NCBI GenBank assembly: GCA_002790655.1
Contig: PFVO01000018.1
Location: 1 to 53,172, forward strand
Length of the DNA stretch: 53,172 bases
DNA from: Candidatus Moranbacteria bacterium CG_4_9_14_3_um_filter_44_28
GTDB taxonomy: Bacteria > Patescibacteriota > Minisyncoccia > Moranbacterales > UBA11712
Reading direction: 5' to 3'
The notes beneath the pieces were generated by a model. The model did not search any database and was not told the origin of the DNA. It saw only the letters and a program-made list of their open reading frames with translations. Shown one piece after another: positions 23,806 to 33,298 of the stretch (within the stretch, counting starts at the first letter, position 1; every line of letters starts with the position of its first letter). A program made the translations under genes and the position numbers.

Positions 23806-25641
23806 CTACCGGGCAAAATACCACTGGTAAACATCTTTCGTCACCGGAACTGCCGTTGAATGTCCTTCCCCTCCTCCTTCAACCAAAATCGCCATGGCAA
23901 TTTCTGGATTGTTATACGGCGCGAAAGAAATAAACCAGCCGTGAGTTTTTCCTTCCTCCCCGAACTGGGCCGTTCCCGTCTTTCCGGCGACTGCTGTCCC
24001 GAGATCATTGAGCTGCTGGGCCGACCCGGAAGTTACCGCTTGCCGCATTCCCTCTTTCACGATTTCGATATTGGCGGGACTAATAAAATTCCGGGCGAGG
24101 ATTTTCGGCTCGATTTTTTCTTCACTTCCATTTGAATCTTCTATTGATTTGACCAAATGCGGCTTCCAGACCGTTCCGCCGTTGGCGACAGCCGCCGTAT
24201 AATTGGCCAGCTGCAAAGGCGTTGCTGTCACAAAGCCCTGACCGATCGCCGAGTGATAATCATCACCAACATACCAGCGTTCCCCAAATTTCTCCTGCTT
24301 CCAGATCCGGTTCGGGAAAAGCCCCGACGCCTCGCCCGGAATATCGATTCCAAGTTTCCGGCCCAAGCCGAATTTTTTGGCGTATTCTTGGATTCTGTCG
24401 ATCCCAAGTCCTTCGACGCTGCCCCAACCACCCCCGAGGGCGTAGAAAAAGATGTCAACGCTCTCGGCAATCGCTTTTCTTATGTCGGTGATACCATGGG
24501 TTTTCCAGTCGGGAAAACGATAGATTCCAATATTGATTGCCGCCGGACAGTTAAGCGTCGTACTCTCGTTAACGGTTCCTTCCTCGAGCGCCGCCGCCGC
24601 CACAAGAGGCTTGATAGTCGAACCGGGGGGATATTCCCCCGATACTGCCCGATTAAACATCGGCTTGCTTTCGTCGCTGATAAGGTTTTTATAATCATCT
24701 GCCGATATCCCCCTTGCAAATAAATTGTTGTCATAGCTTGGAATATCCACCAGTGCCAAAACTTCCCCATTTTTTGGATTAATGGCCACCGCCGCGGCCG
24801 TTTTTGTTTTTGTCGCCTCCGTCATCGCCTTGAGGCTCTCATAAATCTTTTTCTGAAGATCGGCGTCAATGCCGAGCCGCAAATCCGCCCCGTTCTCCGG
24901 CAAATCAATGCCCAAATCTTTCTTGATGTTCCCCGAAGAGTCAACTTCCACCTTCTGCTTCCCGTTTTTCCCGCGAAGATATTTTTCATAGCTCGCTTCA
25001 AGACCGGTTTTTCCGATATAGTCAGTCATAAGACGCTCTGGATTTTTTTTCAGTTCTTCGCTCGTAATTTTTCCGCAGTAGCCCATCACCGGAGAAAAAT
25101 ACTCGCCCCACTTATAATCCCTCACCGCCGCTTTATCCAGTTGAAAACCGGCAAGACGCGCTTTTTTTTCGGAAAAAACAAGAGCCTCCTCCTGACCGAC
25201 ATTTTCTTTCACAAGAACCGGATTCAGCGAATCGAATTCCTGGGACTCGATGAGCGACTTCAGGTTTTGATCATTCATATTGAGTATTTCCGCAACTTCT
25301 TTCTCTTCTCTTTCTCTTTCTCTGAAATCTCTTGGCAAATCAGCCGGGATCGCAACAACATCGAAGCTGGGAGTATTGCTTACAAGCTCCCTGCCATTCC
25401 TGTCGTATATAATTCCCCGCGGCGCTTCTATTGAAATAGATCTCACCCGGTTCTCTTTCGCCATTTGGGAATAATAGTCATTTCTCGCCACCTGGAGATA
25501 AAAAACTTTCAAGGCCAGGATAATCATACCCCCCAGTATCAAATAGCGAAAAAAAAGGAGACCCTTTTCCGGAATCGGCTTTCGAAGCGCTGAAATCTCC
25601 CCGCCGCCTTCTTGCATTGAAGACACTTCGTCTATTTCCAT
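23806..25641 (-). CDS. mrdA: Penicillin-binding protein 2 (elongasome transpeptidase)
   Basis: SxxK (PPGSTIKP) and KTG (AGKTGTAQ) motifs, N-terminal TM helix, position after mreBCD. I prefer the ATG at 25641 (MEIDEV..) to the track start 25722, which overlaps mreD by 77 nt. Confidence 0.8.
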   Translation of the reverse strand: MEIDEVSSMQEGGGEISALRKPIPEKGLLFFRYLILGGMIILALKVFYLQVARNDYYSQMAKENRVRSISIEAPRGIIYDRNGRELVSNTPSFDVVAIPADLPRDFREREREEKEVAEILNMNDQNLKSLIESQEFDSLNPVLVKENVGQEEALVFSEKKARLAGFQLDKAAVRDYKWGEYFSPVMGYCGKITSEELKKNPERLMTDYIGKTGLEASYEKYLRGKNGKQKVEVDSSGNIKKDLGIDLPENGADLRLGIDADLQKKIYESLKAMTEATKTKTAAAVAINPKNGEVLALVDIPSYDNNLFARGISADDYKNLISDESKPMFNRAVSGEYPPGSTIKPLVAAAALEEGTVNESTTLNCPAAINIGIYRFPDWKTHGITDIRKAIAESVDIFFYALGGGWGSVEGLGIDRIQEYAKKFGLGRKLGIDIPGEASGLFPNRIWKQEKFGERWYVGDDYHSAIGQGFVTATPLQLANYTAAVANGGTVWKPHLVKSIEDSNGSEEKIEPKILARNFISPANIEIVKEGMRQAVTSGSAQQLNDLGTAVAGKTGTAQFGEEGKTHGWFISFAPYNNPEIAMAILVEGGGEGHSTAVPVTKDVYQWYFAR

Positions 25642-25645
25642 GCTC

Positions 25646-26191
25646 TTAGCCTGACGTCTTTTGTTGAAATATTTTTGGAAAATCATTTGCTTCCAATTTT
25701 CTGATAATGAAATAAATGACAAAACCGCCCAAAATTGTATAAGCGCTTTTCAGAAAATAATCAAAATTAATTTCAACCGGGAAAGAAATGAGCTGGTTAT
25801 TCTTTAAAAAATATCTTTCAATATTCAACAATCCGACACTCGCCCAATCAAAAATAAAAAGAGAAAGGGCAAAGATGACAGCCAGGGATAAATAAAACAA
25901 TAAGTGTCTGGATTTGATATTGGACACGGCATTCAGTCTGTCAATCCCGAGAGCAATCAAAATAAGAAGCAGCGAGGTTGACCCCAGGGGCCAGCTGGCA
26001 CCGATATCGAGCAAAAAACCGCTGAAAATTATCCAACCCAAATATTTTTCAAATCCCTGATAAACAACAAGTGAGACTGCCAGCACCAGAATAAGATTGG
26101 GTGTCCGCGCCGGACTCACAAAAGAACCCAAAACGGAGAGCTGGATGAGAATCAGTACAAGGCAGAAAATGAAAAGATTGAAACTTCTCAT
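25646..26191 (-). CDS. mreD: Rod shape-determining protein MreD
   Basis: 181-aa polytopic membrane protein. 4-nt overlap with mreC, located between mreC and PBP2. Confidence 0.7.
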   Translation of the reverse strand: MRSFNLFIFCLVLILIQLSVLGSFVSPARTPNLILVLAVSLVVYQGFEKYLGWIIFSGFLLDIGASWPLGSTSLLLILIALGIDRLNAVSNIKSRHLLFYLSLAVIFALSLFIFDWASVGLLNIERYFLKNNQLISFPVEINFDYFLKSAYTILGGFVIYFIIRKLEANDFPKIFQQKTSG

Positions 26192-27003
26192 GGATTTCCA
26201 AATTTTTTTACCACAAACACTACTCGCAGATCCAAAAAATCAACCGGATTCAAGATCGTCGCTTGCTGAAACAATTTGTCCTGCGACTGATCTATTTTCC
26301 CGATTTTTCCTATTAGCAAGCCTCTCGGCAGCTCTTTTCCTAAGCCGGACGTAATCACTTCATCCCCCTCTTTTATGACATCGGTTTGGGAAATCATGTC
26401 AACCATAAGACTCAATCCGAAAGTTCCTTTTGCTATTCCTTTTGCACCGGAATCAATTACTTCCGCGTTCACAGCGCTGCCCTGGTCGGTAATCAAAGAA
26501 ATTCTGGAAGTATCCGAAAACACTTCAGACACTTTCCCGACCAGAATTCCGCCGGAAACGATAACCGGCATATTCTCACTGATGCCGCTGTTTTTTCCTT
26601 TATCAATTAAAAAACGATTTCCCCGGCTTCCGGGATCTTGGGCAATGATGAAGCTGGCCTCAAGGTCATATTTTTCTCTGGGCGCCAGCTTCATTTCTCC
26701 GCGAAGAATCTCATTTTCTTTTTCAGTGTCCTTGAGTCGCGCGTTTTCCGCCAAAAGTCCCTGATTTTCTCTAGTTAATTCTTCGTTTTCCCTCTTCAAA
26801 TCTCCAATTGAGCCTAAAAAATCAAAAAATCCCGCTGCGCCTCCCGAAAAAATCCGAAAAGTTTTCATAAAGGGGCTGGCGATGGTCAGCATAAATCCCT
26901 TTGCCGGATTATCTGCCCCGCGGGAAGAGACGAGGATTACGATAATTAGCAGAATTATAGCAAAAATGAATTTCCAAGTTTTTTTTGAAAGAGAAAACTT
27001 CAT
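26188..27003 (-). CDS. mreC: Rod shape-determining protein MreC
   Basis: N-terminal TM helix, coiled coil (LKRENEELTRENQGLLAENARLKD) and a beta-rich C-terminus, downstream of mreB. Confidence 0.8.
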   Translation of the reverse strand: MKFSLSKKTWKFIFAIILLIIVILVSSRGADNPAKGFMLTIASPFMKTFRIFSGGAAGFFDFLGSIGDLKRENEELTRENQGLLAENARLKDTEKENEILRGEMKLAPREKYDLEASFIIAQDPGSRGNRFLIDKGKNSGISENMPVIVSGGILVGKVSEVFSDTSRISLITDQGSAVNAEVIDSGAKGIAKGTFGLSLMVDMISQTDVIKEGDEVITSGLGKELPRGLLIGKIGKIDQSQDKLFQQATILNPVDFLDLRVVFVVKKFGNP

Positions 27004-27032
27004 AATAATTTTAATTTTTTTGCAGCTTTATT

Positions 27033-28085
27033 CTAGAAACTAACTTTATCATATTGTGTTTCTGCCAGCACATCCTTGAGTTCCTCAAGATGCTCCAAAA
27101 TTATTCCCGTTCCGCGGGCAACCGCCGTCAAAGGATCGTCTGCTACCCGCACCGGCATATCAGACTGTTCGGAAATGAGTTTATCAATGCCCCTGATCAA
27201 GCTTCCGCCGCCGACCAGAATAATTCCTCTTTGCATTATATCAGAAAGAAGCTCCGGAGGAGTTTCTTCAATAGTTGATTTGATGTTATTGACGATTATT
27301 TTGATTGAACGAAAAATGGCTTCGCGAATTTGAGCGTCGTTGACCACCACTTCTTTGGGAAGTCCGGTCACAAGATCTCTTCCGCGCATTGGCATTTCAA
27401 GTGTTTCATTTAGTTCATACGCACTGCCAATGGCAATTTTTATGTCTTCAGCTGTTTTTTCACCAAGGAGCAGGTTGAATTCGTCGCGGGCGTAGCGAAT
27501 GATATCCTCGTTCATCTCGTCTCCGGCAATGCGAAGGCTGCGGCAAACAACCACGCCTCCAAGGGATATCACGGCGACTTCAGTGGTTCCGCCACCGATA
27601 TCCACAATCATATTTCCCGAGGCCTCCTGCACCGGAAGCCGCGCTCCGATCGCCGCCGCCATCGGCTCATCAACAAGATAGGCACGCCGCGCCCCGGCAT
27701 TCACTGCCGCATCCACTACCGCCCGTTTTTCCACCTCCGTAACGCCAGAAGGAATCCCGATCACTACTTGCGGACGAGGAAGAAGAACAAAACTTTCTTT
27801 GTGGACTTTTTCGATGAAGTAGCGAAGCATCTGCTCCGTCACTTCAAAATCACTCACTACGCCGTCAACCAGCGGCCGCGTAGCGACGATATGGGATGGG
27901 GTTTTCCCGACCATTTTTTTGGCTTCCGCGCCAATGGCCAGAATCTGCCCAGTTTTCTGATTGATTGCCACTACCGATGGCTCGTTGATGACAATCCCCC
28001 GCCCCTCGACATAGATAAGAATGTTGGCCGTCCCCAAATCAATCCCAATATCTTTTGAAAATTTCCCGAAGATTTTAGAAAGCAT
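27033..28085 (-). CDS. mreB: Rod shape-determining protein MreB (actin homologue)
   Basis: IGIDLGTANILIYV, MIVDIGGGTTEVAVISLGG, ILVGGGSLIRGI. Confidence 0.9.
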   Translation of the reverse strand: MLSKIFGKFSKDIGIDLGTANILIYVEGRGIVINEPSVVAINQKTGQILAIGAEAKKMVGKTPSHIVATRPLVDGVVSDFEVTEQMLRYFIEKVHKESFVLLPRPQVVIGIPSGVTEVEKRAVVDAAVNAGARRAYLVDEPMAAAIGARLPVQEASGNMIVDIGGGTTEVAVISLGGVVVCRSLRIAGDEMNEDIIRYARDEFNLLLGEKTAEDIKIAIGSAYELNETLEMPMRGRDLVTGLPKEVVVNDAQIREAIFRSIKIIVNNIKSTIEETPPELLSDIMQRGIILVGGGSLIRGIDKLISEQSDMPVRVADDPLTAVARGTGIILEHLEELKDVLAETQYDKVSF

Positions 28086-28090
28086 AATAA

Positions 28091-28200
28091 ATCTAAAAAC
28101 GAAGAGCTAAAAAGTAAAAACAACAGTTAAAAGCTTAAAACTGGACACCCAAAAAAGCTTTAAGCTTTTAGTTGTTGTTTTTAGATTTTCGTTTTTAGTT
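28091..28200. repeat. AT-armed palindromic intergenic element (P3-like)
   Basis: atctaaaaacgaagagctaaaaagtaaaaacaacagttaaaagcttaaaa mirrors aaaagctttaagcttttagttgttgtttttagattttcgtttttag around the centre ctggacaccc. Confidence 0.75.
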
Positions 28201-28300
28201 TTTAGTTTTATTTAGCTGTCTTATTCTACAAAACAAAAAGGGACGTGTCAAAAGCACGCCTATTATCCTATAAAATTCGCTAATAAACTAATAAAAATGG

Positions 28301-29410
28301 TTAAAATAGATTTCTTACTTTGTCTATTAAATCAAATTTCACGAAATCCCGGAAGGTGACAAAAATCATAAGCGTTATTAAAAGAGCAAATCCCAAATTA
28401 TGCGCCCGTTGTTCAAATTTTTGGCTGACAGGCGATCCCTTGAGCTTTTCAATCAGTATAAAGAGAATCCGTCCGCCGTCAAGCGCTGGAATAGGAAGAA
28501 TGTTGATGATGGCGAGATTGACAGACAGCATCGCCGTGAAGCGGACAAGATAATCAAACCCCAGCTGGGCCACCTGCCCGGTGAGAACAGCGATTCCCAC
28601 CGGACCGGAAACATCTAGCCCCACCGGCTGGCCGGTAATCAGCCGCCAAATCATTCCGAAGAGAAAAAATATGAATGTAATTGTAATGCTGAAAGTATAT
28701 TCAATTCCTTTCCAGACCGCTTCGTACCATGGATAGCTCACTTCGACCGTTTTTGCCAACGCGATTCCCAGCGGCCCTTCCCCTTCGGGAAAATCAGTCC
28801 GCGGAATCCCCGTGAGTTTCAATTCTTTTTTCCCTCTTTTTATATCCAATTTAATTTCTTTCCCCTGATTTTCCTTCATATAATTCTGCACTTCTTCAAC
28901 CGAAGAAAATTTCGTCAAATTTCCATCACCACCGACCACTCCCGAAATCTCGTCTCCCATTTGGAGATTCATCGCTTCCGCCGGCGTATTTTTCCCAACA
29001 TCCACAATTTGTATTTTCTCATTTCTCGCGCTCCCGCCTCTCACTTCTTCAGCAATCTGCGGAACGCCTTTGTAAAATCCGACCGAAAACAAAACAGCCG
29101 CCAGCAAGAAATTCATCGCGACTCCCGCCGCGAGAATTCTTGCCCGCGCAAACGGCGATTTTGAAGCAAAACTTTTCGGATTTTCTTTTTCCTCCCCGTC
29201 TTCTCCCGTTATTTTCACGAATCCGCCCAGCGGGATCCAATTAACTGAATAAATCGTTCCTTTCCGCTTAACTCCAAAAATTCTTGGCGGGAAACCAAAG
29301 CCGAATTCCTCAACCGCCACTCCGTTTCTCCGCGCAATCAAAAAATGCCCGAATTCGTGGACAAAAACAAGAAGTCCAAGGATTAGGATAAAAATTATTA
29401 CTGTAATCAT
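28301..29410 (-). CDS. rseP: RIP metalloprotease RseP (site-2 protease, M50)
   Basis: HEFGHF zinc motif, central PDZ-like region, NILPIPALDGG. Confidence 0.85.
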   Translation of the reverse strand: MITVIIFILILGLLVFVHEFGHFLIARRNGVAVEEFGFGFPPRIFGVKRKGTIYSVNWIPLGGFVKITGEDGEEKENPKSFASKSPFARARILAAGVAMNFLLAAVLFSVGFYKGVPQIAEEVRGGSARNEKIQIVDVGKNTPAEAMNLQMGDEISGVVGGDGNLTKFSSVEEVQNYMKENQGKEIKLDIKRGKKELKLTGIPRTDFPEGEGPLGIALAKTVEVSYPWYEAVWKGIEYTFSITITFIFFLFGMIWRLITGQPVGLDVSGPVGIAVLTGQVAQLGFDYLVRFTAMLSVNLAIINILPIPALDGGRILFILIEKLKGSPVSQKFEQRAHNLGFALLITLMIFVTFRDFVKFDLIDKVRNLF

Positions 29411-29420
29411 AATAAGCTTC

Positions 29421-29512
29421 AGCGAAAAATTGAGATTCAGAAAATATCGCGTCCTGCCCCGACTTTGCGTCGGGGCAGGTTAGCCTATTTGAAGAATCTC
29501 AATTTTTCGCTG
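29421..29512. repeat. TIR-bounded element, family P2, copy B
   Basis: agcgaaaaattgagatt ... aatctcaatttttcgct. The core keeps atcgcgtcctg and caggttagccta, but its central hairpin has a different sequence (ccccgac-tttgc-gtcgggg). Confidence 0.85.
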
Positions 29513-29522
29513 AATTAAATCT

Positions 29523-30080
29523 TTATATTTCCATAATCTCCTTCTCTTTCCTCTTCCTCACTTCCTCAATCTTCCCATTATACTCATCCACCAATTTCTG
29601 CAATTGATCTTTCCCTTTGAATTTATCGTCTTCGCCCAACTTTCCGCTTTTCACCAAATCCTGAATTTCATCCCACGTTTCTTCCCGCGCCTGCCTAATT
29701 GATACGCGCGCAACTTCGGCATACTTTCCCAGAACTCTTACCAAATCCGCTCTGCGCTCCTCGTTCAGTTGCGGAATGGCAATCCGAATAACTTGTCCGT
29801 CATTGGTCGGATTGAGCCCCAATCCCGCTTCATTAATCGCTTTCTCAATATCAACTAAATTGTCCTTGCTCCAGGGCGCAATGACAATTAAGCGCGGTTC
29901 AGGAATAGTGATGCTGGCTACCTGCTTCAAGGGACTTTTTGCGCCATAGTAATCCACTTGCAAATTTTCCACCATCGCCGGATTGGCTCTCCCTGTCCGT
30001 AGTTTCCCGATTTCCTCCTTGAGCCGCTCAATCGCTTTTTCCATTTCCGGTTTTATCTTGGAAATAATTTGCTCTAGCAT
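29523..30080 (-). CDS. frr: Ribosome recycling factor
   Basis: 185 aa; LKEEIGKLRTGRANPAMVENLQVDYYG and the C-terminal helices are typical. Confidence 0.9.
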   Translation of the reverse strand: MLEQIISKIKPEMEKAIERLKEEIGKLRTGRANPAMVENLQVDYYGAKSPLKQVASITIPEPRLIVIAPWSKDNLVDIEKAINEAGLGLNPTNDGQVIRIAIPQLNEERRADLVRVLGKYAEVARVSIRQAREETWDEIQDLVKSGKLGEDDKFKGKDQLQKLVDEYNGKIEEVRKRKEKEIMEI

Positions 30081-30102
30081 TTTTTCAAAAAATAATAATG
30101 AA

Positions 30103-31167
30103 TCAGCGTTTGTTTAACCCGACATAAATCACTTCCGGATTCTGCGGATCATACTCAACAATCTCAAGAGTCCGGTTGCTATTTGATTGAATGGGAAACC
30201 AATTCACTCCCCCATCGTTTGATTTGTAAAAAGTCTGGGCAGCCGTGCAGACTAGTTCGTCAGAATTTGCCGGATTTACATCAATTGACCTTATATTATA
30301 CTCCTCGGCCCTATTGAGAGTTTTTATTATTTCCCAGTTGTCGCCTTTATCCTTACTGCGCAGCAGCCCGTCAGATGTTCCAACATAAACCCAACCAGCT
30401 CTTGCGGGATCTGTTTTGATTGATACTGGATTTTGCAAGCCCTCTCCCGTTTCATAAAAATCGGCCAATTTTGCTTTTTGCTTCAGTTCTTCGAAGTTCG
30501 CTCCTCCATCCGCGGTGCGCAGAACACCGCTCTGAAATATCACAAAATAAATCGTGTTTGTGTCAAAATTATCATAAGCAATTCTATAAACCGCTTTTTT
30601 TTCTCTGGTCCAAAAGACGCTTCTCCAGGTTTCCCCGCCATCTCCAGAAGAAAGAATTTGTCCCTGATCCGTTCCGGCAAAAATGTTTTGAGAATTTTGC
30701 GGATTGAGCGCAAGACTCAATACCAGCGACCCGTCAGCCGGTTCCGTATAAATTTCCTTCCAGGCTTCTCCTGCATCAGTTGATTTTATTATCTTCCCCC
30801 TGCCTTCCAGGACAGTAGCCGCGTAAACAATTTTGGGATCGAATTGGTCCAAGACCACCGAGTATACCTTGATTGGAGTAGATTCAGACACCTTGAGTTG
30901 TCTCCATAATTCCCCGCCGTCCCCGGACTTGAAAATTCCGTTTGCTTTGGTCCCAAGGTACACTTCGCGGCCGTTTTGGGAATTAATAGCCAAGCTCAAA
31001 ACGTCAACTGCGTCAATTGTTTTGTTATTTTCGGCCTGATTCTTGGAAGAAAATGTTTTTCCTCCATCATTGGAACGATAAATCCCCCCATCATTTCCGG
31101 AACCCAGCGAGCAGGCGGAGAGAAAGAGAATAGAGACCGTTAGAGATAATGTTTTTATTTTTCTCAT
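30103..31167 (-). CDS. Lipoprotein with BNR/Asp-box (Ycf48-like beta-propeller) repeats
   Basis: Lipobox LSACS. Repeated S.DGG.TW-type motifs: SNDGGKTF, SGDGGELW, STDAGEAW, SGDGGETW, TADGGANF, SKDKGDNW, SNDGGVNW. Confidence 0.7.
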   Translation of the reverse strand: MRKIKTLSLTVSILFLSACSLGSGNDGGIYRSNDGGKTFSSKNQAENNKTIDAVDVLSLAINSQNGREVYLGTKANGIFKSGDGGELWRQLKVSESTPIKVYSVVLDQFDPKIVYAATVLEGRGKIIKSTDAGEAWKEIYTEPADGSLVLSLALNPQNSQNIFAGTDQGQILSSGDGGETWRSVFWTREKKAVYRIAYDNFDTNTIYFVIFQSGVLRTADGGANFEELKQKAKLADFYETGEGLQNPVSIKTDPARAGWVYVGTSDGLLRSKDKGDNWEIIKTLNRAEEYNIRSIDVNPANSDELVCTAAQTFYKSNDGGVNWFPIQSNSNRTLEIVEYDPQNPEVIYVGLNKR

Positions 31168-31196
31168 AATGCTATTATAACACTAATTTTAACACT

Positions 31197-31333
31197 GTCA
31201 TCCCGAGCGGAGACTCGATGAATAATCGAGACGCAGCCGAGGGATCTACGTTCATAATCTAATGGCCAGCCACTACGTCCGCACGCAGATTCCTCCACTC
31301 CTCCGACTTGCGTCGGAGTTCGGTCGGAATGAC
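31197..31333. repeat. Palindromic element, family P1, full-length intergenic copy
   Basis: gtcatcccgagcgga..cgagggatct..agccactacgtccgcacgcagattcctccactc..cggtcggaatgac. Block-by-block match to the copy inside miaB (45822-45949). Confidence 0.85.
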
Positions 31334-31343
31334 AGATGAAAGA

Positions 31344-32144
31344 TTACTCCATCCCTAACACCAGTCCTTCCCCTATCGCTCTCGGACTGGCATTCGTACG
31401 TTCCAGCTGATTGATTGCTTCTCTCGTTTTTTTAATGATTTCAATGACTTTCTCTGTCTTTCTTTGATCTCTCCCGCTAACCAGCTTTCTTAAGCTTTCC
31501 GCCGCTATCATTTCCCAATCACCCAAAACCGCAAGTATTTCGTTTTTGTCTTTGGAAATTTTTTCAATATAGTCAAACTTTTTAAAAATCTCTTCTTTGA
31601 AAATTTTTCGCAATATTTCCCGATTTTCTTCCCTCCATTTTGGAAGTTCTGTTTCAGTAAATCTTAAAGCCGCGCAGCGCGAAGCAATGGTTGGTAAAAC
31701 TGATTCCACATCGCCCGCAAGAAGGATAAAGAAAGTGCTCGCCGTCGGCTCCTCAAGAATCTTGAGGAGCGCGTTTGAGGCTTCAGCGTTCATTCTGTGC
31801 GCTTTTTTTATAATACAAAACTTCCGTTCCAGCTCATACGGAAAAAACTTCAGCCGCTCCCGCATTTCGCGAATCTGTTCAATGATAATTTCCTTTTCGC
31901 GAATTCTTCCTTTTTTGTCTTCAATAATTTCCGGCCTAATAACAACAACGTCCGGGTGAATGTTTTCTTCGACTCTTCTCAAGAAGTCTTCATCGCTTGT
32001 TTTTCCAGCTAATTTCGAAATAAAATAAACTACCGCCTCTTCCTTCTCGGTTTCATCCAACCCGACAAACAAATATGAACTCGGCCGCTTCGGCGAATTT
32101 GCAAGCCGATCAAGATAAGCTTTCACTTTATAATTCATTTTCAT
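31344..32144 (-). CDS. holB: DNA polymerase III delta-prime subunit
   Basis: AAA+-like fold without an intact P-loop, NALLKILEEPTASTFFILL, SRC motif (TIASRC). Confidence 0.75.
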   Translation of the reverse strand: MKMNYKVKAYLDRLANSPKRPSSYLFVGLDETEKEEAVVYFISKLAGKTSDEDFLRRVEENIHPDVVVIRPEIIEDKKGRIREKEIIIEQIREMRERLKFFPYELERKFCIIKKAHRMNAEASNALLKILEEPTASTFFILLAGDVESVLPTIASRCAALRFTETELPKWREENREILRKIFKEEIFKKFDYIEKISKDKNEILAVLGDWEMIAAESLRKLVSGRDQRKTEKVIEIIKKTREAINQLERTNASPRAIGEGLVLGME

Positions 32145-33298
32145 AATTCTCCCGTTTTCCTAACTTCCCTGATTACCTTTTTAAAATTCTCCACAAACTT
32201 CTCTTTTGAAAACTTCTCCGCCTGTTCGCGAATTTTCTCCGGCTCATATTCTTTTTCTTTCTCCATAAACCTCCTCACTGCATCGGCCATCACTTCAATC
32301 GTTGACTCGTTGAAAAACTCCCCTGTCACGCCTTCAGTAATTGTTTCCGTCGCTCCGCCGCGCCGAAGCGCGATTACCGGCCGTCCAAAAGACATCGCTT
32401 CCACCGGCGCGATTCCAAAATCATCTTCCCCCGGAAAGACAAAGGCTCGGCACTCGGCATAATATTCTTTTATCTTTTTGTCCGGCAGCCAGCCCAAAAA
32501 CTTTGTTTTCGTCCCAGCAATTGATTTCAAAAATTTTACATATCTCGGCGAACCCTCCCCAACTACAATCAGGGGTAAATTCAGCTTATTAAAGGCCTCA
32601 ACTGCTATTTCGATTTTTTTATAAGGCGTGAGGCGGGAAACAATCAAAAAATAATCCTCCGCTTTACTCCTATCTCCCCTATTTCCCCGATTTTCCCAAT
32701 CACCCTTCATTTCCACCGGCGGATAAATCACCGCGCTCTCCCGCCCGTAATATTTTTTTATCCGCGCCTGCGTTGTCTTTGAGTTAGCGATGAAATAATC
32801 TACCCGATCGGCCGCCACCCGATCCCAGACACGGATATAATTGAGAAGAAGGCGCGCCAAAAGTTTTCTTTTGTCTCCCAATCCTTGTTCTGTTAAATAT
32901 TTTTCATTCCAATCCCAGCTGTAGCGCATCGGACTGTGGCAGTAGCAAACGTGAATCGTTTTCGGCTTCACGACGATTCCTTTCGCGAAGGCGCTGGAGG
33001 AGGAAACTACAAGATCGAAATCGCGCAAATTGAAAGTTTCCGGCACCGTCGGCATTAAAGGCAAGAGATATTTGTGTCTTTTCCGCAAAAATTTCGGGAA
33101 TTTCTGCAAAAACGACGGCCGGATGTCGGCATCTTTGAATTTTCCCCGCATTTTTTGCGGGTCATAAAGCAACGTATAAATCGGCGCATCGGGAAAAATC
33201 CCGTGAATCGCCTCGAGCACCCTCTCCGCCCCGCCGTATTGGTTCAAAAAATCGTGGACGAGAGCGACTTTCGGATTTTTAAAGTTATTCGCATTCAT
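32141..33298 (-). CDS. GT-B fold glycosyltransferase (family 4/1 type)
   Basis: FVFPGEDDFGIAPVEAMSFGRPVIA (EX7E-like), VSRLTPYKK. 4-nt overlap with holB. Confidence 0.8.
   Translation of the reverse strand: MNANNFKNPKVALVHDFLNQYGGAERVLEAIHGIFPDAPIYTLLYDPQKMRGKFKDADIRPSFLQKFPKFLRKRHKYLLPLMPTVPETFNLRDFDLVVSSSSAFAKGIVVKPKTIHVCYCHSPMRYSWDWNEKYLTEQGLGDKRKLLARLLLNYIRVWDRVAADRVDYFIANSKTTQARIKKYYGRESAVIYPPVEMKGDWENRGNRGDRSKAEDYFLIVSRLTPYKKIEIAVEAFNKLNLPLIVVGEGSPRYVKFLKSIAGTKTKFLGWLPDKKIKEYYAECRAFVFPGEDDFGIAPVEAMSFGRPVIALRRGGATETITEGVTGEFFNESTIEVMADAVRRFMEKEKEYEPEKIREQAEKFSKEKFVENFKKVIREVRKTGEL
32669..32692. repeat. Short shared insert, family P8, in the glycosyltransferase CDS
   Basis: cctatctcccctatttccccgatt matches ccatctctcttatttccccgat in murA (36799-36820) at about 20/23. 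Both are read in the same frame as NRGN(R/K)(G/R)D. Confidence 0.65.
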
